From Hormiphora californensis (lineage: Eukaryota; Animalia; Ctenophora): 64,000 bases of DNA. Position numbers and translations under genes: made by a program. Positions 12,598 to 28,472 of this stretch are shown here, one piece after another. Under the pieces are notes generated by a model, which saw only the letters and a program-made list of their open reading frames with translations, did not search any database and was not told where the DNA came from. How positions within the stretch are numbered: position 1 is the stretch's first letter; each line of letters opens with the position of its first letter. The stretch is taken from positions 7,316,001 through 7,380,000 of the forward strand of contig CM035350.1 of NCBI GenBank assembly GCA_020137815.1. Direction: 5' to 3'.

Positions 12598-13717
12598 TTA
12601 GTAGTGGAAATGTGAGTGGAGAGTCTGAGAGACCTCTACATACGAGGGTAGTTCATCTGGGGTTACATGTCCGTGTCGTATTAGAAAGTCAATAGCGATG
12701 GCAGCACAGTTGGATTTAAAGTTGTTCCCAACTACCATGTCTTTTACTTCTTCTATCCCGTGTAGCCCAAAACCTAGGTGAGAGAAATAAGTATAATTTT
12801 GTAACTTTTCTCTCACAAAAGACTGTACTCTCAAAACTGGGCCGAAGGCCCGGAGAGGAGAGGTAAAACTCTCGCAGCGTGCCATGCGTGAGGTTACAGT
12901 GATGCAGACAAGTAAGTTTAGGTTAGGAAACCATGATAATTGAGACATCAACTGAATTATAAAAACTGAATGGTAACAACTCCTACTCCTCAATCTCACC
13001 TGCGACTTCCCCATCCTTATTGCGGGGTACAAAGTCCTGGGGTAACTCCACATCATACACGAACTCAACCTCCGGACTAGTTCCATACTGGTTCACTACA
13101 GTGTAACTAATGCTCCCGGCTGGTATAGCCACCCCTGACAGATACTCCAAACCCATCCCTGCTTCCTCGTCCGCCTCCTTGACCAAAGTGTCCCAAACAC
13201 CGTAACCACTAGAAATCCCACCCGCAACTACATTGTCATGACAACCAGGGTATTTGGCTTTTGTCGGGGACCTCTTTCCTAACCACATTTTAATACTACC
13301 ATCCGACATCCTCACATAACCGTTGAGGTGCACCCCATATGATTTGCATCCCAGTATAGGCACAGCAGCCCGCTCAACATCAAACAGTACATCGGATTTA
13401 AAACCACCCCTGAAAACAGCATAAGTCTCATCTCGCCATCCCTTTAATGTGTGAGAGAACACACCATCGTCCCTTAATCGAGCAAAAAACTCGTTAACAA
13501 CCCGTGTCCTATCTTCTCTGTTTTGAAACTTTTCCAGTAAAGTAACGCCAGTGGTAGTGCACTGAAATATATCTGGCGAATTAGAGAAAGGTGGTAAATA
13601 ATCTCTGTATATCATTCCACATTGAGAGCCGTCCACAAAGAATGCAAGATAGTCAGATAGAGTTAGAGGTGTGTTTAGCTGACGGGTAAAACGTAGAATC
13701 TTCTCTGACCAAGACAT
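12598..13717 (-). CDS. Nudix hydrolase, YJR142W/NUDT20-like (DUF4743 + Nudix); 2 exons, intron ~12775-13000
   Basis: GWRDETY, VERAAVPILG, YGVHLNGYV, RSPTKAKYPGCHDNVVAGG, KEADEEAG Nudix box, DGEV, FKSNC..IDFLIRHG. Confidence 0.88.
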
Positions 13718-13850
13718 GACTACAAAATTACCAGCGTGAACAGAGGGGTAATTTCATTATCAGAGCGTGAACAGAGTGTAGCGACACTCGACTCTTACAC
13801 TGCCGCAGGAATTGTTTGGTACACCCGACTTTACGTAACGCACGGACGCC

Positions 13851-14063
13851 ATAGGGATCCCTAAAAAAGTTCAGTATTTACACAGCGTTTACACCAGTTA
13901 AGCCATTTCGGTTTTCCCACGGTAGCGTAGGGAGAAAAATTTTCCCACGCTTCGATTCCAACGCTGTGATTGGCTTAAATTTTCCATCGTCAGAAATTTC
14001 AGCCAATCACAGCGCACTGGTATAAACGCTGTGGAAATACTGAACTTTTTTAGGGATCCCTAT
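13851..14063. mobile_element. Palindromic MITE
   Basis: ATAGGGATCCCTAAAAAAGTTCAGTATTT ... AAATACTGAACTTTTTTAGGGATCCCTAT inverted ends. Confidence 0.8.
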
Positions 14064-14249
14064 CGTGATTCTTGGGGAGTCAGGAGATCTCGAGACCAGG
14101 AGCGTGCGACATCAAAGCGGGACATCAATTAAAAACAGGGAGGTGGCGTTGGAATTTTGTCAAACGGACTTCAGGTGCCGGAGATATATCGCCCGCCAAA
14201 ATCTCGACCGCAAAGTTATGTCGTGTTCTGATCGGCCTCAAAGCAAATG

Positions 14250-14560
14250 CTGCTGGCCCCCACAGTGCGGGATAAGGTTGGCAAACGCTGCTTAGCTGGT
14301 ATCTCCGCGGGATAAGGCAGCGCTTTTCAAGGGATAAGACAGAGCAGGGACGTCGCTGGGCCTTCGGCCCAGCGCGTCCAGGGGCCTTGGGCGGAAGCCC
14401 GGGTCAGGGGGAGTGGAACTTGGAAGCCCGGGGTCCAGGGGCGCAGTCCCGGCGGGGGTGTAGGGGGCAGAGCCCCCGCAAGTAGGGTCCAGGGGCTGGT
14501 TGGCAAACGTTGCTGGCCCCCGCGGGATAAGGCAGCGCTTTTCAAAGGGGCTGGCTGAGC
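14250..14560. repeat. GC-rich repeat with recurring GCTGG...GCGGGATAAGG units
   Basis: Three related units plus a GGGGTCCAGGGG-rich block. Confidence 0.55.
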
Positions 14561-15190
14561 TTTTCAACTTTAAAAAAGCTGGTTCAACATTTCTGAAATT
14601 AAAAAAAAAATTGCACATTCGATTTAAAATGCGCGGCTTTTGCGCGTACTATCGATAATGCAAATGTTCAAGTGTTGAAATTTTCGCCGCCGCCGCTTCG
14701 GCTCAAATAGGTAAATATCAGACCCAGGGATTTAGATTTGGGCGGAGTTGTCATTTTAGTGTCGTCCACTATTAGCAAATAAAACAAGACACTTAATGAT
14801 ATTTAATAGTAAGTAAAAGATGAATATAACAAAATAAAGAATACGTCAGATTTTTATAACACCACTCATTCAAGAGAATATTCAATAATATTTTAGGAAA
14901 CGCGTCAGTTTCAAACTAAAAAAAAGGATAATAAAGGTATCGACGTATCTGCCACGTCAAAGAGAACAGGCTATTATATAAAGATATGTCATTGTAATGA
15001 TATTGTACTTATATAAACTGAATGCTAAATATAACAACATGAACATTTACAAGCAAGTATAAAACATAGTGTACTGTCCCAATAGTGTGGCAGTGTGTCC
15101 CCAATATATAGTGCAGTTTGTATGTCACAACATTGTGTGTCACCCCTTCCCAATCAATAAGTTAGCTCCTCTTTCTCTCTCTTTCTCTCC

Positions 15191-17423
15191 TCACGGTCTC
15201 AGATAGACCTCCCAAAGTTGTGAAGACCCCTTCGGTATTCGGAGTGATGTACAGGGTCGGGCTATGTCGGACTTCTCAGCTGCGTTTAGGCGAATTTGAG
15301 GAAACAACCGACTGGAGGGAGGAAACAGATGTTAGAATACAATCTGCTAGAAACAGGTGTTAGAATACAATCTGCTAGAAACAGGTGTTAGAATACAATC
15401 TGCTAGAAACAGGTGTTAGAATACAATTTGCTAGAAAACATATACAGTCGGACCCCGATTTAACGGCACCCTCGGGGGAAAGGGTTTTGTCCGTTAAATC
15501 GGTGCGGGGTGTCCGCTAAATCGGGGTCAAATACTGTTAATTTCCTATATCGGGGGAAGATTTTGCTGCCGTTAAATCGGGGTGCCGTTAAATCGGGGTG
15601 CCGCTAAATCGGGGGCCGTTAAATCGGGGTCCGACTGTATATGGTTTTATGATACAGAACTGATGTAATACTGAATGGCACTAACCTGAGCCACTGTTCA
15701 AACTGTGTAAACCTCTCCGTTACGAATGATGGGTAGGCGTTAATGAAGAGGAGGTGGGGCATGTTCCCAGCCCACATCAGCATGTCCTCACTACTCAGGG
15801 GGTACACCCGGCTGCAGCTCAGCTCCATTAAACACGGACAGTTCTCTTGTAGCGCCGTCAATACTATGGGAGGGTGAGAGGGTTAGGAAGAAAGTGACTG
15901 GATAACACAGCACAAGGTGGTTAGTGAGAGGGTTAGGGAGGGTTAGGTGGTTAGTGAGAGGGTTAGATGGATAGTGAGAGGGTTAGGAGAGGGATTACTG
16001 GCGGATCATCCTGCACTTACCATCTCGGTCCAGTTTGAAGCAGTCACTGATATCGATAGTATCCAGGAAGGGTAGGTTGGTTGTCATGGTTCTAATGACG
16101 TCACTAGTAACAGTTTCCCTTCCTCCACTCACATTCAGCTTCTTCATACTCTCACACCGCTCTACAAGGGGGGGGGGGTGATAATGACAGTGAAATTAGG
16201 AACATAGATAAGCAAGCAGAGTGTCTAGAAAAGGCAGGCAATAGCATGTCACTTTATAGCAATCTCGGTAATCGGTATGGGGATACCTGGGGGGATAACT
16301 TACTAGGAAATAGACGGCTAAAAGTTTTGGTGCTGATTTTGCACCACGCCAGATTCAACTCCACCAGATTCAAACAGTTTTTAGTTATCGCAACAAGAGG
16401 GTCCGCTGATACACCGTTACACATGGCGAGATTAAGAATTTCTAAGTTTCTACACCCCGAGAGGGCCCTCAACAATGCAGGGGACAGGTTCATTGCCTCT
16501 AGATTCACCTTCCTCAGGTTGGGGGAGATCTCCAGCAGTCTCGTCATGAGATGTGTACTAATTGTACTCAACCCGAAGTCAACATGCGTGATCGCCAGGT
16601 TTTCTCCGCTAAATCGGTTTGTCATGGTGGCATCTCGGACCTGGACACATGCCAGGGAGAGGTAGCGGGTACCAAACCGGAGTCGTGCTACCAGCTGATC
16701 TATTGGGATGTTCCTATTTCGCAGGTTGATCTTCTTCCAAAGACTCTTGTCGTAGGATAACCTTCTCCAATAGGAACACACCTGATAAAGAGGGGGGCGT
16801 TAGAGCTACAGAATGCAGATGATAATGAGCGACATGGTTCATTATTCATGAATCATATTGTAACTAATATATACTGTACAACTAACCAGTGAACATCTGC
16901 AGAGGTCCTCTATTTTGAGGTAACTGAATATCTTGAGTGTTAGTTCTTCTGAGAAACGAGACCAGGGGTTTTCATCGATCTTCCCTTCTTTCCAAAATGG
17001 GGAGGATATCCATTCTGTATGGCAGATAGCTGAGGGGATGGGTGTTAGTAACAATTGGATGGGTGTTAGTAACAATCGGATGGTATGTAAGATGGTGATT
17101 AATCCCTGGTGATTAATTAATTGATTAGTTTAGTACCTGATTTGGGTGTACGAGGACTGCAAATGCTCTGCAAAATGTTCTGACTTGGGAGGCTATTCTC
17201 TTTACATTCTCCCTCTGCTATCCGTTCAGATTCTACCGGCGTCTTACTAACTGTAAACAAAGGAGGGTATATAAATGTTAGAGTAATGTAAAACTGGTAT
17301 TAGATTAAAGTTGAACAAATAAGATTGCAGCTTATAAGTACCATGTGTTCGAGGCCGTTTGTTGACATATTCAACTGGTAGCTCTGACAGCGGTTCCCGT
17401 GCCTGACTTCTTGTCAACGGCAT
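15191..17423 (-). CDS. SKP2: F-box/LRR protein, S-phase kinase-associated protein 2-like
   Basis: F-box WSRFSEELTLKIFSYL..VCSYWRRLSYDKSLW, LRRs (LNLAMCNG, LNLAWC), C-terminal FSSIARP..LWEV. Confidence 0.8.
15445..15637. mobile_element. Tc1/mariner-type MITE, family A copy 3 (SKP2 intron)
   Basis: Same TIR, TA flanks, internal TAAATCGGGG repeats. Confidence 0.88.
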
Positions 17424-17680
17424 GACTAAGTTGGAAGAATATGGTTTATCAGTAGGCTCTAGTGTTAGTTGGGGGAGGGATAGAGAAGGCATATATAACA
17501 AAACGACACTTAGTTTGTATAAAACTGTTAGATCTCTTTTAAAAAAGCAAAATAGACTTTTCTCTTACACACACGATCTGATAAACATAACGATTAAAAA
17601 CAAAGCGTGAATCTAGATGATCTATCTAAACGGGTTAGGCATGAGGGTTACAAAATAAACACTGCAGTAATGTGTTGAGA

Positions 17681-19096
17681 TTATTCAGATTCCAGGAATT
17701 CATCGTATGCAGCCTTATCCATGAGGTCATCAAGCTCCGAGGTATCGGTCAGCTCAATCTCACAGATCCAACCTGTAAATGGTGGTGTGTCTGACCGAAA
17801 GTCCTAACAAAAACAACTCAGAGAGTGCGCGCATTGAGCCGATACTGAAAAGTGTACTTCTCACTGTTTCAATCTCGTGCGCGCATCCTCGTCACAGAGG
17901 GAGGCGGATTTTGGGCGCCAAATAAAACCACATGTCTGCAACATGTGATTATCACATTTTCATATGCAGGATACATCAGCCATCAGCTTGAACATTGTGG
18001 GGGGGGGGGGGATAATTTATCCCGGATAAAATATTCTAACGATTTTTGGCAAACAATAAGAAAGTTCTAAATAAAGACATCTGAGCAAGAATTAAATAAG
18101 AAAGTTGTTGGACAAAGGATCGTGCCAAAGAGAGGTAAATTAGAGGTAAAAACTGGAATATTTGGGAGAGGTCGATGTAGTTATCTATCTATTATTATCG
18201 ACTCTACCAAGAGTTTAATAATAATAATAATAAATTATGACATCAATGTCATCTCATATATTTTCTCAAACTTTCTTAACCCTATTCAACTTCATAACCT
18301 TCAAAGTTATGATGATTGATGGTATGTGATGACGTACCTCCATCCTCTGCGGACTGGTTCACCAAGTTTGGTGTATCAGAGAGGGTATCGTTGACAGCTT
18401 TAACAATACCAGATACAGGCAGGGCAACATCGCCAACAGCCTTCACGCTCTCTACACTACTGACCTGCACATGAGTGTGTGAGCTGCCAAACAAAGTGTA
18501 TTACCTTCCACCCAAGAAAGGTAAGAAACATAACAAACAAGAAAAGAGTTGGCTGTATAATATCAAGTAAAAGCACGCACCTCATCCCCAACATCAAATT
18601 CTGCGTCCACATCGGGTAGGTCCACATATACGATATCTCCTAGAGCAGCCTGGGCGTGATCAGTGATACCAACACGACCTACTCCACCCGACACGTTCAC
18701 CCACTCGTGTGATTTGGTGTAGTACACTAGGGGGTGAGGGGGTGTGATTTATACACTGAACTAGGGTGGGTAATATGCACAGAACAGATGCACAGAGAAA
18801 GGGAACTGAGAAATAACGGAGGGGGGATGTATAAGAATACAATGAGATACAATGCTGTAAAACAAACAAAGAAAGTGGACACAATCATTAGCCGCCCATG
18901 TTACCAGACTATAGCAGATTAGAGCACAGCGGCGGGAAACAAAAGCTGGGCATTTAATTGGCTAATTGCCCAGTTATATGTGACTTTTAACACGCCAGCT
19001 GTCTGCCACTAGACACCTACTTGATAGAGGTCGGGTTGTAGAGAGAGCGGTGTTGAATTGCCGAATACAGGCACGGGATACCAAACGGAGCGCCAT
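17681..19096 (-). CDS. GCSH: Glycine cleavage system H protein, mitochondrial; 4 exons
   Basis: Transit peptide [37 protein letters not shown], lipoyl motif [17 protein letters not shown]. Confidence 0.95.
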
Positions 19097-19454
19097 TATT
19101 CAGACCCTATTAACTATTAGCAAGGGGGTGAGTGACAGGGTAACATGCAATTGGAAGAGATTAATATTTAGAGAGGGAGAGAGAGAGAGAGAGAAGGGGG
19201 AGATTATAGGGGGAGAGAGTTTAATATTCAAACATACACTCCGATGGAGGGAAAATCCTAATTAGACGCAAACCCAAAAACAATGGAGATTGGTACAACT
19301 AATTATAGCAAAGAAATTTGGTCACTGAACTCTTAATCAAAACACCATGCGGCATGCACTGTTCACAAGCTAAAGCAATAATATTAATTAATAATTTAAG
19401 ATTGAACAAACCCAATAAATAGGTGTCCTTGTATACAGAAGTGGAAAATATATT

Positions 19455-20136
19455 TCAATTTTCCTTCCTCCCGAGCGCCCGGACTAGTTCTGTTACAGCA
19501 AACTCAGCATCATCTAATGTTGAGTCTCGACCGAAACTTATCCGGATCGAAGATAGAGCATCTTCCACAGCTACCTGCATAAACATGTTGTTTTAACTTT
19601 CACCCTTAGGGGAGGTCACAGAGAGAGATAGCGAAAGAAACGGGGTCACAGAGAGACAGAGAAAGAAAGAAATGGGGGTCAGAGAGAAAGAGAGGGGGTC
19701 AGAGAGAAAGAAATGGGGGTGGGGTTGAAGGTAGGGTGGAAGTAAAAACACAAAATGAGCGTGCTCTGTGATGGTTTGATCACACTTACCCCAGAATGTA
19801 GTAATACTCGTGAGGGGGTCTCTCTATCACTGTGACATGCAGCTCCTCTGTAAAAGCTACACGAGACAACACGTCTCTGCTTCTGAAACAATGTAAGTGT
19901 TTAGCGTGTAACATTGGATTTCCGAGGTCACTCATTGGAACGAATTTATAATAGCCCCCCCCCACCTCTCTGCCCCTGTAGTATCATATCCCTCTCCCCG
20001 CTCCCTCTTTCTCTCTACCTCACTCTCCCTAACTATGTGTGTGGTGAGAATATGACTCAATATTCCAGTAGACCCCTCAATTTTCCCTCCACCCTCTGTC
20101 GGCTCATTAAATGTTGACGTGTATGTATAGGAGAGG

Positions 20137-20195
<59 letters not shown>

Positions 20196-23100
20196 GGGAC
20201 TACAGATGCAGTCTGGAGAGGGGAGTGAGAAGGAAGCACCGGACAAATATTTACATACGCCTGTCTGGTATTCTCTCTGGTAACATATTGTTTTCTCATG
20301 CTCTCCTAATGCGTTTCCGGGTTGTTTTATGCGGCTACCAGACTGCGGATTCGTCACATACATCAAGCGTTTATATGGCTTATTAAATTTGAAGGTATCT
20401 TTATATTTCCTAAACCCTCTCTCAAGTTTCCCTCCATTTCCTCCCTTCCTTCCCCCATATCACATACTTCGTTCCTCTGAGAGAAAAGTTCGACGTGTTG
20501 GGTAACCGGGGAGATGCGGACCCACAGTTAATCCTCACCTCCTCCCCTAGTTCCTTCAACAGCAGTCCCTCGAAATGGTCCCGGATTTCAGGGGACATTG
20601 TTCCAGCAAGTTCAGCTGCCTTCCCCAGACCTGTCACGTATAACTAGGTAGATATTAACCGTTATGGGACCACGAGAGGAAGTAAAGGAAATTCAGGTTA
20701 TAATACACCGGTTTAAAACGAAGACTTTACCTGCGATCATGGGGGTGTTCTCAGTGCCAGGTCGAAGCCCCCGTTCTTGGCCCCCTCCATACAGGAAGGG
20801 TCGAAGGGGCACACTTGCATAGAGAGCTCCAATTCGTGGCCCGTAGAACTTGTGACCCACAATGGTCAGGAAATCTACTCCAAGGTTTTTCACGCTCACT
20901 GGAATTTTACCTGCATTGGATAAATTTTCACACAAGCCATACTGACTAATGAGTTGTATCAATTAGTTGTATCAATTAGTTGTATCAATTAGGGCGTGCT
21001 AATTAGGGCGTGCTAATTACCTAGAGCCTGAGCTGCGTCTGTGTGTATGAGACAGTCTGGCCACTGTTCCCTAACTCTCCGTGCTATTTTTCCGACATCA
21101 AACACCACTCCTGTCTCATTATTTGCCAACATGATGGAAACTAGCCGGGTCTCGGGGGTACAGGCAGCCAACACCCGATCTGGGTTCAGAGTTCCATCTC
21201 TTTCCAATGCCACCTCACTCAGCCGCAACATGCCCTGGGTGTGTGAATTAGGGCCTGGCTCGAATTACACTTACACACTCATAACGGTCAGAATATCTGA
21301 GGGTCCTTAGAGATAATGATGAGAGAAGAATGCTGCAGAGATTAGGAAGGCCAAGGGTGACTGAAAAAATCAGATAAATAAAACTAGAAGGGAGAGAGAG
21401 AAAAAGAGAGATAATAACAATAAGTTAAGAGAGATTGTAAGTTATCTACCTGATCTCGAAGAGCACGAGCAGGAAGAGCCACTGAGTCATGTTCAACACT
21501 ACTGATAACGACATGTGGGATTTGATTATCCTTCCTCTCTATGACACTACGCAGGACCCAGTTGTTACTTTCAGTACCACCTAGAAAAGAAAGATAGGTT
21601 AATTCCAGACAGGTGTAGAATAACATACAGTTGTGCTGAACACTCTGTGAATAATATACAGCCGTGAACTGCCGTCTAACTCAGTGACAAATGTAGGGAC
21701 AATGAAGTTATAAAAAACTGCCGTCTAACACAGTGACAAATGTTGGGAAAATGAAGTTATACAAAACTGCCGTCTAACTCAGTGCAGAGTGTCCCTTGTA
21801 AACTCATACCAGGTAAAGGTGTCGCAATGACGTGTACAAGACTAACGACTTGTAAGACACACCTGGTTTGTAACTCTGTAATATTAAACCTCTCTGGTAT
21901 CCGAGTTTAGAGTGATTGGAGTGGCTAAAAGTTTATGAGGCGTATTAGTAGGAGTAGAAGAATGGAATACGGGGGACCTCGAACGGTGTGCACTTCTTCT
22001 ACCCTTATATTCCTCCCTGGTTTCCATGACTTACAAATAACACCATTTTATACTACTCAGAGCACGTTTTAGTTGATATTTGAGAAGGGTACCAGCCCAA
22101 TAGTATATCTTTCTAGCACACTTTATCCGATCAGATCATCACCATTATACTGGTCATCTCTCATCCTCTATCCCTCTCTTCTCATTCTCATCCCTATCTC
22201 TCTTCTCATCCCCGTTCAATCCATCCATTGAGCAGCAGTACCATGTACGTTGTTTTTCTATCGTTTGTTGTCCTACTGCAATGTTTCAGTTATGCAGACA
22301 CCGCCCGTAACTACAGGGGTTGTGTGAACCGGGGTTTGAACGATGAAGCATGCTCCAACTGGCTGGATGTGCTGAACAGGAAAGAAAGGGTCCTCTACCA
22401 GAAAGATGGTAAGAAAAGGGAGCGATGAAGAGTATGTGGGAGCGGGGGATGGGGCACACAATGTTAACCATTTAGAAATAATATCAGTGTGGTGTTTAAC
22501 CTCAACTAAACTCTTCCCCTCCCCTCCCACAGGGATAGGGAATCACACCTATTGCCGGAATCCGGGCGGAGTTGAGCGATGGCCTTGGTGTTATTGGAAA
22601 CAGATTAGGGTCCGATGTAAGATAGAGAGGAACAACTTTGATGATAGAGGGTGCGATATAAAGTACACACCGACTGAGACAACTTCACAGCCCCCTGCAG
22701 ATAACAAAACACCAGAAGCAGGGAAACAAGAGGGATCTGAGTGTAAGGACGAGGAATGCCTGGGGTACTGCAGCAAGAACTTTCTGAGTTGCGGTTTCCT
22801 GGGGCTTGGTGGGTTTGTAGTAGTTGCTCTTATTGGTGCAATGTTCATGTATCTCCATACTGAGTATAGGAAGGTTAAACCTGCTAAAAAGCAGTCGAAG
22901 AAAGTAGAGCCGCTATACGAAGAAAGGTGTGCGGTGCTGCCGATACAAATGGTGGAGTTTTCTCTACCTACTGGTACAACAAACACACTCCTCTCTACAC
23001 CACCCCAACAGGATCAACAACAAGACAGGTAAACATGTGCTTGCTAATTTAGATCAATAACAGGACCATCATCTTTGTAATTCACTTGTGTCAGTAATAA

Positions 23101-23671
23101 CTACTTGTTATTGTAAACATGTTTCTTGCTTTAGAGACGGTGTATATGTTGGAACATACGAGAAGTACTTCACCGATGAGTGGTCTGAATTTGATGAACA
23201 TGACGAATGTTATGGCGAGAGGTAGCTGAGCACTTCTGCTTTTTCTTAAAACAATTTGGCACACACTGTGGCACACAATGTGGCACACAGTACACACTGT
23301 GTACCACAAAGTAAACATTTAACAGGACATGATTTACCTGACTGTGAATATAATCTTCTCTGGATCACACGTATCAATCCAGGTTGCAATCTGACATCGA
23401 GCTTTCTCAATCACGTTTTTACTCTGAAAATGATTTACACGGTTTATAATTTGATAAATCAAGTTATGGACACATTTTTGGGCTTCCATAGATAATGTAA
23501 TAATGATTTTCAAGAAAGAGAACTTTAATTTGTTTACATTCACCTTACTTTGACAGCTGAGTCATATTGCTTGGAGCTAGGGTTTCCCCAACAGTCTACC
23601 AGTGCTTTAGAAATGACATCACACACTTCCTTTGTAATCGGCGTGGTACCATTGTAGTCCAAATAAAGCAT
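19455..23671 (-). CDS. SCLY: Selenocysteine lyase (class V PLP enzyme), multi-exon
   Basis: [62 protein letters not shown]; catalytic GAACHSD favours SCLY over NFS1 (GSACT). Confidence 0.9.
22243..23032 (+). CDS. Kringle-domain single-pass membrane protein (PIK3IP1-like), nested antisense in a SCLY intron; exons 22243-22408, 22533-23032
   Basis: Signal peptide, [49 protein letters not shown]. Confidence 0.8.
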
Positions 23672-23677
23672 TCTTAA

Positions 23678-24127
23678 AGGTTGACAAGATACCTAAAACT
23701 TTTCGTATATCGTCTTATTTTGATTTATCATTAATTTTCAGCATTTTTTCAGAATTTTTGGTCGGCTAGAAAAAAATTCGAAATAGGGGGTCTACCGATA
23801 TTGTCAGCACTGGTTTTACTGGGCACACTCACTGCGTCTCGCAAATTGAAATTCACGTTTCCGGTTCCTCAAAAGATAAAGACTTGATCTTGGTTGCGTT
23901 GGATTGGTCTCAATAAGACCTTTCCAACGCTACCAAAACGGTTTCTGTATCTCATCAGGAACCGGAGATATTACAGTATCAATTTTAAAAAAGGCACACT
24001 CATTTGTCAGTAGACCCCCTATTTTGCACATATTTCTAGCCGACAAAAAATTCTGAAAAAATGCTGAAAATTAATGATAAATCAAAATAAGACGATATAC
24101 GAAAAGTTTTAGGTATCTTGTCAACCT
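23678..24127. mobile_element. Non-autonomous TTAA-targeting DNA transposon (Kolobok-like) with long TIRs
   Basis: TTAA|AGGTTGACAAGATACC ... GGTATCTTGTCAACCT|TTAA; about 90 bp near-perfect TIR. Confidence 0.85.
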
Positions 24128-24238
24128 TTAAGACCAGAAAACAGTAAAAACATCGACTAAAGCGAGTCAGACCTCTTAGACGGAGAAAAATGAAGAAAAC
24201 AAAATCTTCAAAACTTTTTTTTTAAATATTTTATTTTC

Positions 24239-24390
24239 ATGAGGCCCCTCGGAAATGTTCAAGTCATGCACAATCAAGTCACGCCCACCAATCACAGCCC
24301 AGAACGCGCGGAGTGCTTTGCGCGTTCTGAGCTGTGATTGGTGGGCGTGACTTGATTGTGCATGACTTGAACATTTCCGAGGGGCCTCAT
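24239..24390. mobile_element. Near-perfect palindromic element
   Basis: ATGAGGCCCCTCGGAAATGTTC... / ...GAACATTTCCGAGGGGCCTCAT with a 10-nt loop. Confidence 0.75.
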
Positions 24391-24702
24391 CGGAAAACGT
24401 TAAAAACTGGGTGCCTTCCATTGCTAACATTTCATCGATTTTGGCGTTCGAGACGGGTTAGGGCTGTTGTTAGGGTTGGGTTAGGGTTTTGTTTGGGGTT
24501 ATGGGTTAGGGCTATCGATTCTCTATCAGATACCGTTTAGTTTACTCAAATCGGCCATGTGGTTGCGTGGCTATAGCCGTTTGAAAAAAGTCGGTCTAAG
24601 TGGTTTTAGGTGTACTTTTTTGGCAGCGCGCACCTGTAAACACGCTGCAAGGCACCCAGATTATAATCGCGCCCGGCCTCATCCTTATATATATTATATT
24701 AC

Positions 24703-24951
24703 CTGTCATATAGTCGAATTTTTTATTTAAGCGACAGGCCGCCGCGCACTCAATTAGTTAATTGGTCATATCTCCGGTTCCTGATAAGATAAAGACTTGA
24801 TCCTGGTTGCGTTGGAAAGATACAAATTTTATCTTTCCAATGGCACCAAGAAAAAGTCGCTAGCTTATCAGGAACCGGAAATCGATTCCAAGCGCTGCAT
24901 TTTGATGCGCGGCGGCCTGTCGCTTAAATAAAAAATTGGACTTTAAAACAG
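24703..24951. mobile_element. Palindromic MITE sharing an internal core with 23678-24127
   Basis: TTTTTTATTTAAGCGACAGGCCGCCGCGCA inverted repeat; shared CCGGTTCCT..AGATAAAGACTTGATC.TGGTTGCGTTGGA core. Confidence 0.7.
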
Positions 24952-25549
24952 TGCAGCGCTGTTTTGAATTTAAACGCCGCGCTTTGATTTTAAACGTAAC
25001 GCGCGGAAAGTAACTCGGCAGTAAAAGACTCAAATAAAAACTTTCAAAACTCTCTTTTTTATTTTATTTTTATTTTTTGTTTCTCTTCTTAAAAGTTAAA
25101 ACTCTTTCTTTAGTTTTTACGCTTTGGAATTTTGAATAATGCTAATCGGCCGCTGTCTTATTACGAGGCATGTGGACCGTAGGGTCGTGGGTTCTTTTTG
25201 GCCTGATATGTTCCTAATTTTTTGGCCGAAATGGCAAATGCTCCCCTTGCCCCTACTTTTTGCCAAAAAGTAGGGCCAAACAGTTTTGGCCCTCATTTTG
25301 TAGCCCAGATGGACCTTAGCACCGATAACTTTACTACTTACATAGTAAAAGTTAGCTTATAATCACCCAATCGACATAATATTTCGCCCAAGTGGCTCCC
25401 TGGTGCCAGGGTGGCAGGTGACCGGTGGCATTCCTGCGTCCAAATAATGTCCCTTAATCCGGGCGGTGGTGATTAGTGATATAGGTGATGTCCTGGTCCA
25501 TATTCAATAATAACATCTTCTTTAGAAAGGCGGGGGACTAAGACTCCGA

Positions 25550-28472
<2,923 letters not shown>

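Noticed and set aside
12775-13000. TPP riboswitch in the intron of a thiamine-related Nudix gene
   Set aside because: The conserved CUGAGA and ACCUGAU/GAUAAUGCC segments are absent
19455-23671. NFS1 cysteine desulfurase assignment, or a linked selenoprotein/SECIS system
   Set aside because: [10 protein letters not shown] and GAACHS indicate SCLY; no supported in-frame UGA or SECIS seen in neighbouring genes
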